Origin: an uncultured Rivularia sp.
GTDB taxonomy: Bacteria > Cyanobacteriota > Cyanobacteriia > Cyanobacteriales > Nostocaceae
DNA: 64,000 nucleotides
Assembly: GCA_963665115.1 (NCBI GenBank)
Contig: OY762007.1
Location: 7,552,001 to 7,616,000, forward strand
Direction: 5' to 3'
Below the pieces are notes generated by a model. It ran no database searches. It was not told the DNA's origin and was given only the letters and a program-made list of their open reading frames with translations. This document shows positions 42,405 through 51,946 of this stretch, piece after piece; the first letter of the stretch is position 1, and every line of letters begins with the position of its first letter. A program made the position numbers and the translations under genes.

Positions 42405-44339
42405 TTATTGAATTCCCAGCCAAGCTTTCATCTCCTTAACTAACCAATTAATTTCCCCAGAAGTTAATCGAGGAGCAAATGCGCCGAAACTATATTTTCT
42501 TACACCGCATTTTACCGTCACCATTAGTAAGTGTTTACCATTTACTTTCGTACTAGATTCATCTTTAGTAACGTCGTGAATCGTCGAAGTTTTCTCTATC
42601 TTTGTTTTGTAAGTAAAACCAAACAGCTTCCTTTGAAGAGTAAAATCATTTCGGTTAAATCTTATATCAAGTCTTCCGAAAGCATTCAATAAAGGCAGAC
42701 TTAAAAATAATAATCCCGGTATAAAGAAAAATATTGCAACTTCTGGATTTGAAATAATTATTGGTCCAGCAATACTAAATATCATCATGCAGGGAAATAT
42801 CAAAGGCAAGTGACCTAACTGTATACCTAGCGGTGGTAATTTAATTTCTAACTGTTCGTAAGATTGATTTAATTCAATTTTACTTCTAGATGGTTTAGAA
42901 GCTGTGAATCTATCTTCAATATCAGCTTCGACTGCTTTTTCAATCCAGTTACGCATAACAGGAGGTAAGATTTTTAATGCATCTTCATCCTGCTTTTGCT
43001 TATTTTCGGGTAATTGTGAAATACCCAACCAATCATTAATTTCTTGAACCAACCACGCTTTCTCAATATCAACTAATTGAGGGCTTAATGCAGCAAAATC
43101 ATATTTGTTTGCACCGACTTCTATTGAAATCTTTTCAACTGGTTCATTATTAGCTGACATATTAATAGTTTTTAAAGCAACATTATGAATGGCTGAAGTT
43201 GTACCTCTTTTATTACGATAGGTAAAACCAAATAGCTTCCATTTTATCTCAAATTTATTTCGGTCAAATTGAATATAACACCCTGCACTCATATTAATAA
43301 TAATTAATCGAATAGCGAAAAAGAATATGCAGAAGAGTAATACTGGAATTGATTGTGAAAAAATGGCTGCAATTGCAAATAAAAATATAAGAATATCTAA
43401 AGGTATTAATAATATTGCAGTTATTAACCATAGGATGTTTTTTCGAGACGGAATTTTTATTTCTAATCGATCTTCAGATTTTTCTAGCTCAATTCGGCTA
43501 GCGTGGGGTTTAGAAATGTGAGAAGATGAATTAGTTACAATACCAGTTGTCAAAGAATTTAAAGCAAGAGAAGCACTACTATATCTATCGTTAATATTTG
43601 GCTCGGTTAGCTTTTCAATCCAGCGGATAAAACCATTGCTCAAACTAACTTTATCTTCAAACTGAATCCGCATATTATTCTGCGGTAAATTTGCTGGTAT
43701 TATCCCCGTTGCTAAATGAATTAATGTTGCTCCTAAAGCATATAAATCCGAAGCGGGAACTGTTCTACCACCAAATTGTTCTATTGGTGCGTAACCGTAA
43801 GTTCCAACGACTGTAAATGTTGTTCCTTGGGCTGCTGCGTTATCTTGTACTGCTCCAAAGTCAATTAAATAAACTTTTTTATCTCCACCTAACATTAAGT
43901 TACTTGGTTTAATGTCGCGGTGAATAACTTGGGGATTTAGTGTATGTAAATAGCAAAGTATTTCTAATACGTCTGTAGCGATTCTTCGTAATTCTTCTTC
44001 GGTAAATCTCTGTTTACTTTCGATTAATTGCTTTAACGATGAACCGGGAATATGTTCTTGAACTAAAGCAAACCAGCTATTTTTATCTTCGATTGAAAAA
44101 TAATCTCGGTATTTGGGGATACGAGGATGAGAAAGCTGTTTGAGAATATCGGCTTCTCGTTCAAAAAGCTTTAAATCTTGCCATTGAAACTGTTCTCCAA
44201 ATGCCAAAAATTTGAGAATTACTGTTTCTGCTGGTTGAATTGAGATATCTTCGGCTAACCAAGTCTGACGACCTGCATTTTGTGCTAACTTTTGTTTTAA
44301 TTGGTAGTGTTGTTGGAATATTTGTTTTGGTTCTAACAT
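42405..44339 (-). CDS. Ser/Thr kinase with duplicated TM/C-terminal module (array B copy 3)
   Basis: Two copies of S.IEL..S...LEIK.P-TM-KLFGFTY-WL..E...WLGI. Confidence 0.9.
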   Translation of the reverse strand: MLEPKQIFQQHYQLKQKLAQNAGRQTWLAEDISIQPAETVILKFLAFGEQFQWQDLKLFEREADILKQLSHPRIPKYRDYFSIEDKNSWFALVQEHIPGSSLKQLIESKQRFTEEELRRIATDVLEILCYLHTLNPQVIHRDIKPSNLMLGGDKKVYLIDFGAVQDNAAAQGTTFTVVGTYGYAPIEQFGGRTVPASDLYALGATLIHLATGIIPANLPQNNMRIQFEDKVSLSNGFIRWIEKLTEPNINDRYSSASLALNSLTTGIVTNSSSHISKPHASRIELEKSEDRLEIKIPSRKNILWLITAILLIPLDILIFLFAIAAIFSQSIPVLLFCIFFFAIRLIIINMSAGCYIQFDRNKFEIKWKLFGFTYRNKRGTTSAIHNVALKTINMSANNEPVEKISIEVGANKYDFAALSPQLVDIEKAWLVQEINDWLGISQLPENKQKQDEDALKILPPVMRNWIEKAVEADIEDRFTASKPSRSKIELNQSYEQLEIKLPPLGIQLGHLPLIFPCMMIFSIAGPIIISNPEVAIFFFIPGLLFLSLPLLNAFGRLDIRFNRNDFTLQRKLFGFTYKTKIEKTSTIHDVTKDESSTKVNGKHLLMVTVKCGVRKYSFGAFAPRLTSGEINWLVKEMKAWLGIQ

Positions 44340-44480
44340 AAGTAACTAATTTAAAAAATTTATATCTTTTTAATCAGTAGCTCAAAATAACTAATTCGTC
44401 TTGAGTAATTACCGTAGTGTAATTCAAATATTCTCTAATTAACTTAATATAGATATTTTGTTCTATTCCCTATTCTAACT

Positions 44481-45683
44481 ATGTTAAATAATAAGCAGCT
44501 TTTTCCGCTCATTACGCTTATTCCTATTTTATTATTTAGTTTTGTCAGCTTTTTCTTAACTTCTTGGATTATACTTCCAGCACCAAATTTTTTCCTTCTC
44601 AAGTTTGGAGTCATAGCACCGGAGATATCTCCCTGGTTATTCGTTTTAAACATAATTACTTTATTTCTCTCTTTAATATTTATTCGTCAACTACAAATTC
44701 AACAGACAGTCTGTATTTTAAGTTTGATTGGATTGATGGTTTGTAGTTTGCAATTAGCAAGCATTACACCAACTGAAATACAGTTTAATAAAGCTATAGC
44801 TCAATCATTAGGTACAGATTATCAACAAAGAATTCCAGTTGAAGTCAAAGCAAATATGCGGAAGCAGCCTTTTATTCTAGCTGATGTTTTTCGAGGAATT
44901 AGCTTGCAGAAAACCCGTCATATTACCAATATTAATTTTGCAACTCCCGCCGGAGTACCTTTAAATATGGAAGTTTATCAACCAGAAAAAGTTGGTAAAT
45001 ATCCAGCGATTGTAGTTATTTACGGTGGAGCTTGGCAAAGTGGTAATCCGTCCGTGAAACCTGCGTTTAACAGATACATGGCGGCTCGTGGATATACGGT
45101 ATTTTCTATCGATTACCGTCATGCACCAGAATACAAGTTTCCCGTTCAATTAGATGATGTACGTACTGCTTTAGATTTTATTCGTACTCATGCTGCTGAA
45201 TATGAAGCCGATACCGACAAAATGGTGTTATTAGGGCGCTCTGCTGGCGCTCATTTAGCGATGCTGGCAGCTTACCAGGATGCACCAAAAATTCGCGCTG
45301 TGGTTAACTATTATGGCCCGGTAAACTTAACTCAAGGGTATAACGAACCTCCCTATCCCGATCCAATTAATGCTCGTGCTGTTTTAAAAGCATTTTTAGG
45401 GGGTTCTCCTCAACAGTTACCGATGCTGTATGAAACTGCTTCACCAATAAATTACGTTGTGCCCGATTTACCACCTAATTTACTCATTTACGGAAGTCGA
45501 GATCATGTGGTAGAAGCTAGATTTGGCAGACAAATGTATAAAAAATTGCGGGATAATAATACTGCGGTTTTCTTAGAAATACCTTGGGCAGAACACTCTT
45601 TTGATAGCCTTTTCAACGGTGTCAGCAATCAATTAGCTTTGTATTATACTGAGAGGTTTATTGCTTGGGCTGTTAACAATTAA
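44481..45683 (+). CDS. Membrane-anchored alpha/beta hydrolase (esterase/lipase)
   Basis: YGGAW, IDYR.AP, GRSAG nucleophile, D..V, HSFD; N-terminal TMs. Confidence 0.88.
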   Translation: MLNNKQLFPLITLIPILLFSFVSFFLTSWIILPAPNFFLLKFGVIAPEISPWLFVLNIITLFLSLIFIRQLQIQQTVCILSLIGLMVCSLQLASITPTEIQFNKAIAQSLGTDYQQRIPVEVKANMRKQPFILADVFRGISLQKTRHITNINFATPAGVPLNMEVYQPEKVGKYPAIVVIYGGAWQSGNPSVKPAFNRYMAARGYTVFSIDYRHAPEYKFPVQLDDVRTALDFIRTHAAEYEADTDKMVLLGRSAGAHLAMLAAYQDAPKIRAVVNYYGPVNLTQGYNEPPYPDPINARAVLKAFLGGSPQQLPMLYETASPINYVVPDLPPNLLIYGSRDHVVEARFGRQMYKKLRDNNTAVFLEIPWAEHSFDSLFNGVSNQLALYYTERFIAWAVNN

Positions 45684-45711
45684 CAGTTATCAATTATCAA
45701 CTTTTATAGTC

Positions 45712-45801
45712 AGTCTGATTTATCAGACTTTGTTTTTGAGCCTGGGAATTTATTCCAAGGCGGTTTACGATGCTATATAAAAGGACTAAAGTCCTTACTA
45801 C
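45712..45801. repeat. Two-hairpin dispersed repeat plus GTAG-type REP
   Basis: AGTCTGA-TTTA-TCAGACT, TTGTTTTTGA linker, GCCTGGGAAT..ATTCCAAGGC; then AAGGACTAAAGTCCTTACTAC. Confidence 0.6.
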
Positions 45802-46391
45802 GAACTTTTCAAATACCCCTTAGCAATACAATTTTCAATTTCTGCTAATATAAAATCCCAAAGTTCTGGCGTACCTTCTTCTACAGGTGCCATTCTTTTC
45901 ATAACTTGACTGCGGTTAATATTATGTATTTTCCAAGTTCCGCCTTCAGTTTGTTGATTGTGGAGAAAAGGCTGTATTCTATCTAAAGCTGCTGCAAATT
46001 TAGCCGTCGGTGTAACTCTGGCTTCAAATTCATCCCAAAGTAATCGTAATTCTTTTGCTTGTTCTTCTGGTAATAATCCAAATATTCGGGTTGCTGCTTC
46101 TAATTCTCTTTCGGCTTTACTTTCATTCCCTCGCACGTCATAACAAAAGGTATCGCCAGCATCAATTTCTACTAAATCGTGAATTAATGACATTTTCATG
46201 GCGCGAAATAAATCGGTTCCTTCGGTTGCGTATTCGGCTAAAATCATTGTCATTATTGCTAAATGCCAAGAATGTTCGCCGCTATTTTCTCGACGGGAAC
46301 CATCTATTAATAATGTTTGCCGCAATACATTTTTTAATTTGTCAATTTCGATGATGAATTGTAATTGTTGTTTGAGTCGATTTGGTTGCAT
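45798..46391 (-). CDS. HD domain phosphohydrolase (YfbR-like)
   Basis: RENSGEHSW, IHDLVEIDAGD, ALDR.QP; start set at MQPNR. Confidence 0.88.
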   Translation of the reverse strand: MQPNRLKQQLQFIIEIDKLKNVLRQTLLIDGSRRENSGEHSWHLAIMTMILAEYATEGTDLFRAMKMSLIHDLVEIDAGDTFCYDVRGNESKAERELEAATRIFGLLPEEQAKELRLLWDEFEARVTPTAKFAAALDRIQPFLHNQQTEGGTWKIHNINRSQVMKRMAPVEEGTPELWDFILAEIENCIAKGYLKSS

Positions 46392-46457
46392 TTTTAGTAG
46401 TAAATACTGTAAACTTCGGTTTGCTTGTAAAGTTATTGATACAACCAAAAATAGAGG

Positions 46458-46483
46458 GAGACGTTGCACTGCAACGTCTCTAC
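46458..46483. repeat. GTAG-type REP palindrome
   Basis: GAGACGTTGC-ACT-GCAACGTCTCTAC. Confidence 0.75.
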
Positions 46484-46550
46484 ATGATTAATTTGTATCA
46501 TCATTAAGGTGAAATAAGATCATCAATATATTTATAATCCAAAATTAATT

Positions 46551-47031
46551 ATGGCTGATATGTTAGTTAAACTCTATACTTTGCCATCCTTCGAAGTAGA
46601 GATTACCGCGCAAGAGAAGCAGGGTATAGTTATTAGACGTGCGATCGCGCCGGAAAAAAAGACGATTCTGGCTTGGGTTGAGGAGCAATTTAATACACGC
46701 TGGATGAGTGAATGTGACGTTTCTTTTAAAAATTCGCCTCCTAGCTGTTGGATTGCTGTGGAAAACCAGCAAATTCTCGGTTTCGCTTGTTATGAATGCA
46801 CTTGTAAGAATTTTTTTGGGCCCCATTGGTGTTGGCGAAGCAGCAAGAGGGAAAAAAGTTGGTAAAGCATTGTTATTAGCTTGCTTGCACGATATGCGGG
46901 TGCAAGGATATGGTTATGCAGTTATCGGTGGTGCAAGCGATGGTGTAGCGGATTTTTATCGCAAAACTGTAGGTGCAACGGTTATCGAGGATTCGTCACC
47001 AGGAATTTATAAAGGGATGTTAAGAAAATAA
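46551..47031 (+). CDS. GNAT N-acetyltransferase, about 159 aa, split by apparent +1 error at 46821-46824
   Basis: MADMLVKLY...FFGP joins IGVGEAARGKKVGKALL..GYGYAVIG..FY when one C is removed. Confidence 0.85.
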
Positions 47032-47068
47032 TTGATAATTGATAATTGGTAATTGATAATTTATTTTA

Positions 47069-48109
47069 ATGGAATCAATTTTAACCCAAATTAGGAATTG
47101 GATTGATACAGTTTGGGAATTTTTAGAAACAGAGAATTTTCTTCGTCCGCTTTTAATAATTCTTGTAATTGTTGCAATAAGTTCGATAAGTTTGTCTATA
47201 GTTGAACCAAATTTATCTTTATTTGATAGCTTATGGTGGGCTATTGTCACCTTAACTACAGTTGGCTATGGTGACGTTACTCCTAAAACTTTTGCCGGAC
47301 GTTTTATTGCTTTTATTGATATGCTTGTGGGAATTGGAGTTTTGACTCTACTTACCGCTACAGTTGCCAGTATTTTAGTAGAAAGAAAAATTAGTAAAGA
47401 TTTAGGAATGCATTCTTATAATTTTGAAAACCACATTATTTTGTGTGAGTGGAATTATCGGGCTGAAATAATTATTAAAGAGTTGCGTTTAGAGCCGGAA
47501 ACAGAAAAAAGTCCTATAGTTTTAATCTCTGATATAGATAAAAAACCAGTAAAAGATAAACATTTGTTCTTTGTCAAAGGTGAGGTATGTGATGAAATTC
47601 TGCACCAAGCAAATTTAGACAAAGCCAAAACCGCAATTATTCTCGGTGACGAAAATTTAGACTATAAACAACGCGATGCAAGAGTTATTTTATCAACTTT
47701 GACAATAAAAAGTATTAATAAACAAGTTTATACAATTGTCGAACTAATAAATGAAAATAATATTGAAACTTGCAAGCGAGCTTGTGCTGACGAAATAATT
47801 GTTAGCAGTAAATTATCTAGCAATCTGATTTCTAGCGCTGCTATCAATCACGGTATCAGTAACGTTATTTCTGATATTGTCACTTATGAATATGGTTCTC
47901 AACTATTTAAAATAGCTGTTCCAGAATCTGAAGTTGGACATCTTTTCATAGATGTTTTCATCAAAATGAAGAAAGATTCTCAAAGTACTGTTATTGCAAT
48001 ACAAAATGGTAATGAAGGAGAAACCATTTCTAATCCACCTCCTGATTATGAACTTGCAGCCGATGACTATTTAATTTTTATTGGTAGCTACGATAAGGAG
48101 AGGGAGTAG
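47069..48109 (+). CDS. Potassium channel with RCK/TrkA domains
   Basis: TTVGYGD selectivity filter, two TM helices, NHIILC RCK domain. Confidence 0.92.
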   Translation: MESILTQIRNWIDTVWEFLETENFLRPLLIILVIVAISSISLSIVEPNLSLFDSLWWAIVTLTTVGYGDVTPKTFAGRFIAFIDMLVGIGVLTLLTATVASILVERKISKDLGMHSYNFENHIILCEWNYRAEIIIKELRLEPETEKSPIVLISDIDKKPVKDKHLFFVKGEVCDEILHQANLDKAKTAIILGDENLDYKQRDARVILSTLTIKSINKQVYTIVELINENNIETCKRACADEIIVSSKLSSNLISSAAINHGISNVISDIVTYEYGSQLFKIAVPESEVGHLFIDVFIKMKKDSQSTVIAIQNGNEGETISNPPPDYELAADDYLIFIGSYDKERE

Positions 48110-48292
48110 AGGGGGAGAGAGGGAGACAAGGAGACATTATTAAAGTAGTGAGTAATGAGTAATGAGTAATGAGTAATGAGTAAAAATAGATGGGCAGAAG
48201 TACCGACATTTATGACAATAATAAAAAAGTGATTTACTTGCTACTCTCTACTCCCTACTCCTAACTATTCCCAATGCCCAATGCCCAATTCC
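48105..48292. repeat. STRR tracts (TGAGTAA, CTCCCTA, CCAATGC)
   Basis: Tandem heptamers between convergent genes. Confidence 0.8.
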
Positions 48293-48982
48293 CTACTCCG
48301 ATTCGCTTGGCACAACAATCAACGAAAAATAAGGTACAGTTTCCGCTTCAACTTCATTGATAGATAATATCTGCTGATTTTCTAAAGTCGCATTTTCAAT
48401 ATACTTTGCTCTTTCAACTAACCCCAACTCTTGCAAAACCTGCTTTACCTTAGTAAAATTTCTTCCTAATTTGATAATTACCGCAGCATCTGCAAGCTGC
48501 AATTTTTCTTGCAAAACTTCTCTCGAAAGTATCCCCGAAAGCACCATGAAAACATCATTTCGGTAAGTCAAAGGCATCCCTATCGTAGCAGCGCTAGCCA
48601 TTACCGAAGATATTCCCGGAACTATTTCCGTTGCATATTTAGGTGAGAGTCGATTGAAAATATACATAAAACTTCCGTAAAAAAACGGGTCGCCTTCACA
48701 GAGTACGGCAACATCTCGTCCGTTATTTAAATGTTCTGCTAATTGCTCGGCAGCCTTGTCATAAAAGGGTTGAGCGGATTGTTCTAATTTAAAAGGTAAT
48801 ACTATGGGAATCTCTATTTGATTGCCTTTGATAAATTCAGCAACAATCGAACGAGCAAAACTGTTACCTTCTTCCGAAGCAGGATAAGCGATTACAGGAA
48901 TAGACTGTAAAATTCGTAACGCCTTCAAAGTAATTAACTCGGGATTTCCCGTACCTACACCTACACCGTACAGACAACTCAA
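48293..48982 (-). CDS. cobI: Precorrin-2 C20-methyltransferase
   Basis: LYGVGVG.G.PELITLKA, EGDPFFYGSF, VPGISS, PYFSL; probable TTG start 1 nt after the cobH stop, preceded by AGGAGG. Confidence 0.9.
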   Translation of the reverse strand: MSCLYGVGVGTGNPELITLKALRILQSIPVIAYPASEEGNSFARSIVAEFIKGNQIEIPIVLPFKLEQSAQPFYDKAAEQLAEHLNNGRDVAVLCEGDPFFYGSFMYIFNRLSPKYATEIVPGISSVMASAATIGMPLTYRNDVFMVLSGILSREVLQEKLQLADAAVIIKLGRNFTKVKQVLQELGLVERAKYIENATLENQQILSINEVEAETVPYFSLIVVPSESE

Positions 48983-48983
48983 G

Positions 48984-49607
48984 TTACTGCTCCTCCTGAC
49001 ATAGAGCATTTACAGCAGCCGATGCGATCGCGCTTCCTCCTCTTCTGCCATGCAAAGTTACAAATGGCACTCCTCGACTATTCGCAGCCAGAGCCGCTTT
49101 CGATTCTGCCGCACCTACAAAACCCACGGGAAAACCTAAAATAACCGCAGGCTTAGGAAATCCGGCATCAAATAATTCTAAAAGGTGAAATAAACCAGTA
49201 GGAGCATTACCAATCGCCACAATTGCCCCTTCAATCTCGGATTCCCATAACTCTATCGCAGCCGCAGAACGAGTATTACCCATTTTCCAAGCTAATTCCG
49301 GTACCTCTGGATAATTCAGCGTACAAATTACGGGATTCTTCGCAGGTAAACGCCGTTGAATAATGCCTTTTGCTACCATTTCAGCGTCGCATAAAATAGC
49401 TTCACCCGCCGCAAGCGCTCTTTTAGCAACAGTTATAGAGTTGGGCGATGCTTCTAAATCGGTAACAATATCAGTCATGCCGCAACTATGAATGATACGC
49501 ACTGCCAACGGTATTAAATCGGCAGGTAAGTTTTCTAAATTCGCTTCCTCACGAATGATAGAAAAGGAACGGTTGTAGATTTCTTTAGGATTGCGGATGT
49601 AGTCCAT
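48984..49607 (-). CDS. cobH: Precorrin-8X methylmutase
   Basis: IY.RSF.IIR.E, RIIH.CG, TRSAAA, GNAPT, PVGFVGAAESK, GRRGGS; start set at MDYIR. Confidence 0.92.
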   Translation of the reverse strand: MDYIRNPKEIYNRSFSIIREEANLENLPADLIPLAVRIIHSCGMTDIVTDLEASPNSITVAKRALAAGEAILCDAEMVAKGIIQRRLPAKNPVICTLNYPEVPELAWKMGNTRSAAAIELWESEIEGAIVAIGNAPTGLFHLLELFDAGFPKPAVILGFPVGFVGAAESKAALAANSRGVPFVTLHGRRGGSAIASAAVNALCQEEQ

Positions 49608-49623
49608 TGAGAATAGTGAGGAG

Positions 49624-49660
49624 TTAGGAGTGTAGAGACGTAGCAGTGCTACGTCTGTTA
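49624..49660. repeat. REP palindrome embedded in STRR context (37 bp; near-identical copy at 56946-56982)
   Basis: TTAGGAGTGTAGAGACGTAGCAGTGCTACGTCTGTTA. Confidence 0.85.
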
Positions 49661-49729
49661 AGAATTTAAAAAAATTAATGATTTTCAAGCCTAGAATATC
49701 ACGAACGCAAGTAATGGTTTGCCTGTATG

Positions 49730-49826
49730 TTCCCCATTCCCTACTCTCTACTCACTACTCTCTACTTGCTACTCCCTACTCCCTACTCACTACTTCCTAC
49801 TTTCTACTTTCTACTCCCCATTCCCC
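49730..49826. repeat. STRR tract (CTACTCC)n
   Basis: Degenerate tandem heptamers; produce the spurious N-terminal extension of ORF 49727. Confidence 0.85.
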
Positions 49827-49870
49827 ACCCAGAATATAATAATGTAATCAAAATAAACAAACGCATATTG

Positions 49871-51079
49871 ATGCACAAATGGTTATCGGTGGTGGGTATT
49901 GGTGAGGATGGTTTACCTGGATTAAGTCAGGTAGCTTGTTCGCTCGTGGAAAAAGCCGAAGTTTTGGTGGGAGGCTCGCGTCATTTATCGATGCTTCCAG
50001 AAGGCGATACCAGGGAAAAGTTAATTTGGAGTTCTCCTATTGCCACTTCTGTAGAAGATATTATTCAGCGTCGCGGGCAATCAGTTTGCATTTTAGCAAG
50101 TGGCGATCCGATGTGTTTCGGTATCGGCGTTACTCTTACCCGTCGCATACCCATTTGTGAAATAACTATTATTCCCGCACCTTCATCTTTTAGTCTTGCT
50201 TGTGCGCGTTTGGGATGGGCTTTACAAGAGGTAGAAATTTTAACTTTAGCAGCTCGTCCGATATCTCTGCTGCATCCGGTAATTTATCCTGGTGCGCGAT
50301 TACTTATTCTCAGTGAAGGCAGAAATACACCGTCGATTGTCGCGCAAACCCTTTTAGACAGAGGTTTCGGCAACAGTAAAATTACAGTGTTGGAATATAT
50401 GGGGGGAGAACGCGAGCGTATAATTGAAGGTATTGCTGCCCAATGGGAAACCACCAAAATCGCCAGCTTAAATACAATTGCAGTCGAATGTATCGCCGAT
50501 GCAGATATATTGCAGCTTCCCAGAATCGCTGGTTTACCAGATATAGCTTTTCACCACGACGGGCAACTTACCAAACGCGAAGTTAGAGCAATAACATTAG
50601 CCGCACTTGCACCCATCCCCGGACAAATGTTGTGGGATATCGGCGCTGGTTGCGGTTCTATCAGCATCGAATGGATGCGAACCCATCCCCGATGTTGGGC
50701 GATCGCCATCGAAAAAAATTATCCCAGGCTTAATTACATTGCCGACAATGCCGCAAGTTTAGGCACACCAAATCTGCGTATAATTCACGGTGATTCACCA
50801 GCAGCATTAAACGGATTGCAGCCACCAGACGCAATTTTTATTGGCGGTGGCGTAACAGCAGAAGGAATATTTGATACCTGTTGGCAAGCACTTCGTACTG
50901 GAGGACGTTTGGTAGCCAATGCAGTGACAGTAGAAAGCGAACAGAAATTACTCGAATGGCACAGTCAAGTTGGCGGAAGTTTAACAAGGATAGCCATCCA
51001 AAGAGCGCAACCCGTAGGTAAATTTTTGGCATGGAAAGCGATGGTACCCGTGACGCAGTGGGTTGTGGTGAAGGAGTGA
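49871..51079 (+). CDS. cobL: Precorrin-6Y C5,15-methyltransferase (CbiE/CbiT fusion)
   Basis: VVGIGEDG, ASGDPM..GIG, GQLTKREVR, WDIGAGCGS, FIGGG, GGRLVANAV. Confidence 0.92.
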   Translation: MHKWLSVVGIGEDGLPGLSQVACSLVEKAEVLVGGSRHLSMLPEGDTREKLIWSSPIATSVEDIIQRRGQSVCILASGDPMCFGIGVTLTRRIPICEITIIPAPSSFSLACARLGWALQEVEILTLAARPISLLHPVIYPGARLLILSEGRNTPSIVAQTLLDRGFGNSKITVLEYMGGERERIIEGIAAQWETTKIASLNTIAVECIADADILQLPRIAGLPDIAFHHDGQLTKREVRAITLAALAPIPGQMLWDIGAGCGSISIEWMRTHPRCWAIAIEKNYPRLNYIADNAASLGTPNLRIIHGDSPAALNGLQPPDAIFIGGGVTAEGIFDTCWQALRTGGRLVANAVTVESEQKLLEWHSQVGGSLTRIAIQRAQPVGKFLAWKAMVPVTQWVVVKE

Positions 51080-51145
51080 GTTAGGAGTAGCAAGCAGTAA
51101 AAAGCGTTTCCTCTTTCCCATACCCAATGCCCAATGCCCAATTTC

Positions 51146-51868
51146 TTAAATCGCATCTGGATCGATATTTAATTCTCGCAATTTAGCGGCTAATCTTTCT
51201 GCTTTTTGCAGAGCAATTTCTTTTTGTTCTCGCTCGTATTCTTTTTGTTCTCGCTCGGAGTCGGCTTGTTCTTCGGGTGTAGGAACTAACTCACCTTCTG
51301 CTGTAAAAAGTCTTAATAATCCTTGATGAATACCCAAATATAAATTTAACTGCTGACTCCATAAATGTCCTCGATCGTTAGGTTGTATTGGTTGATATTC
51401 ACCAACTAATAAATCAAACCCTGCAAACTCTAAAGTATAAGGATCGAACCAAAAATAATTAGGTGTGCGAAAGGTATTTTGATAAAATTTTTTCTTTACT
51501 TCTTTATCAAGATTAACGGTTAATTCTGAGAGAATTTCTAGAATTACATGAGGATATTTACCATCTTCATCCCACATAACCCAACTTTTACGAGTTTTAC
51601 GTTCGGTGTCTAATACGACAAAGAAATCAGGTCTGCGAAAGTAAAGTAATTCATCCTGTTTCTTACCATAGTAAATTTTTAAATCCCCAGCAGCATAAAA
51701 ATCATTTTTATCTTGCCATAACCATTCGAGACAATTTAGAAGTAAAATAATTTGCCGTAAATGCAGTTCGCTTTCCAAGGGTGGTTCATCGCTGAATAAA
51801 TCATTTGGAAGAACAATAACATTTTGTGTTACATCTTGAGTAGTCTCTAATTCTTCAGCTAGGGACAT
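51146..51868 (-). CDS. Uma2 family (DUF820) endonuclease-fold protein with coiled-coil tail
   Basis: SDEPPLES.LH, PDFFVV, EILS, YFWFDP, AERLAAKLRELNIDP. Confidence 0.9.
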   Translation of the reverse strand: MSLAEELETTQDVTQNVIVLPNDLFSDEPPLESELHLRQIILLLNCLEWLWQDKNDFYAAGDLKIYYGKKQDELLYFRRPDFFVVLDTERKTRKSWVMWDEDGKYPHVILEILSELTVNLDKEVKKKFYQNTFRTPNYFWFDPYTLEFAGFDLLVGEYQPIQPNDRGHLWSQQLNLYLGIHQGLLRLFTAEGELVPTPEEQADSEREQKEYEREQKEIALQKAERLAAKLRELNIDPDAI

Positions 51869-51946
51869 AATTGGTAATAGAGTTTAGGAAGTTGATAACT
51901 TTATTTTACAGTCAACTATCAATATCAACCTGCGACGACTTTACAA

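Noticed and set aside
29396..44339. Diversity-generating retroelement acting on the kinase arrays
   Set aside because: No reverse transcriptase, no near-identical template/variable repeat pair differing only at adenines, and no C-type-lectin/FGE-sulfatase C-terminal domain seen
49727..49870. Long N-terminal extensions of ORF-track calls (cobL, cobH, HD protein, DUF2085, RNase D)
   Set aside because: Extensions run through STRR/REP or intergenic DNA; family-like sequence begins at downstream ATGs
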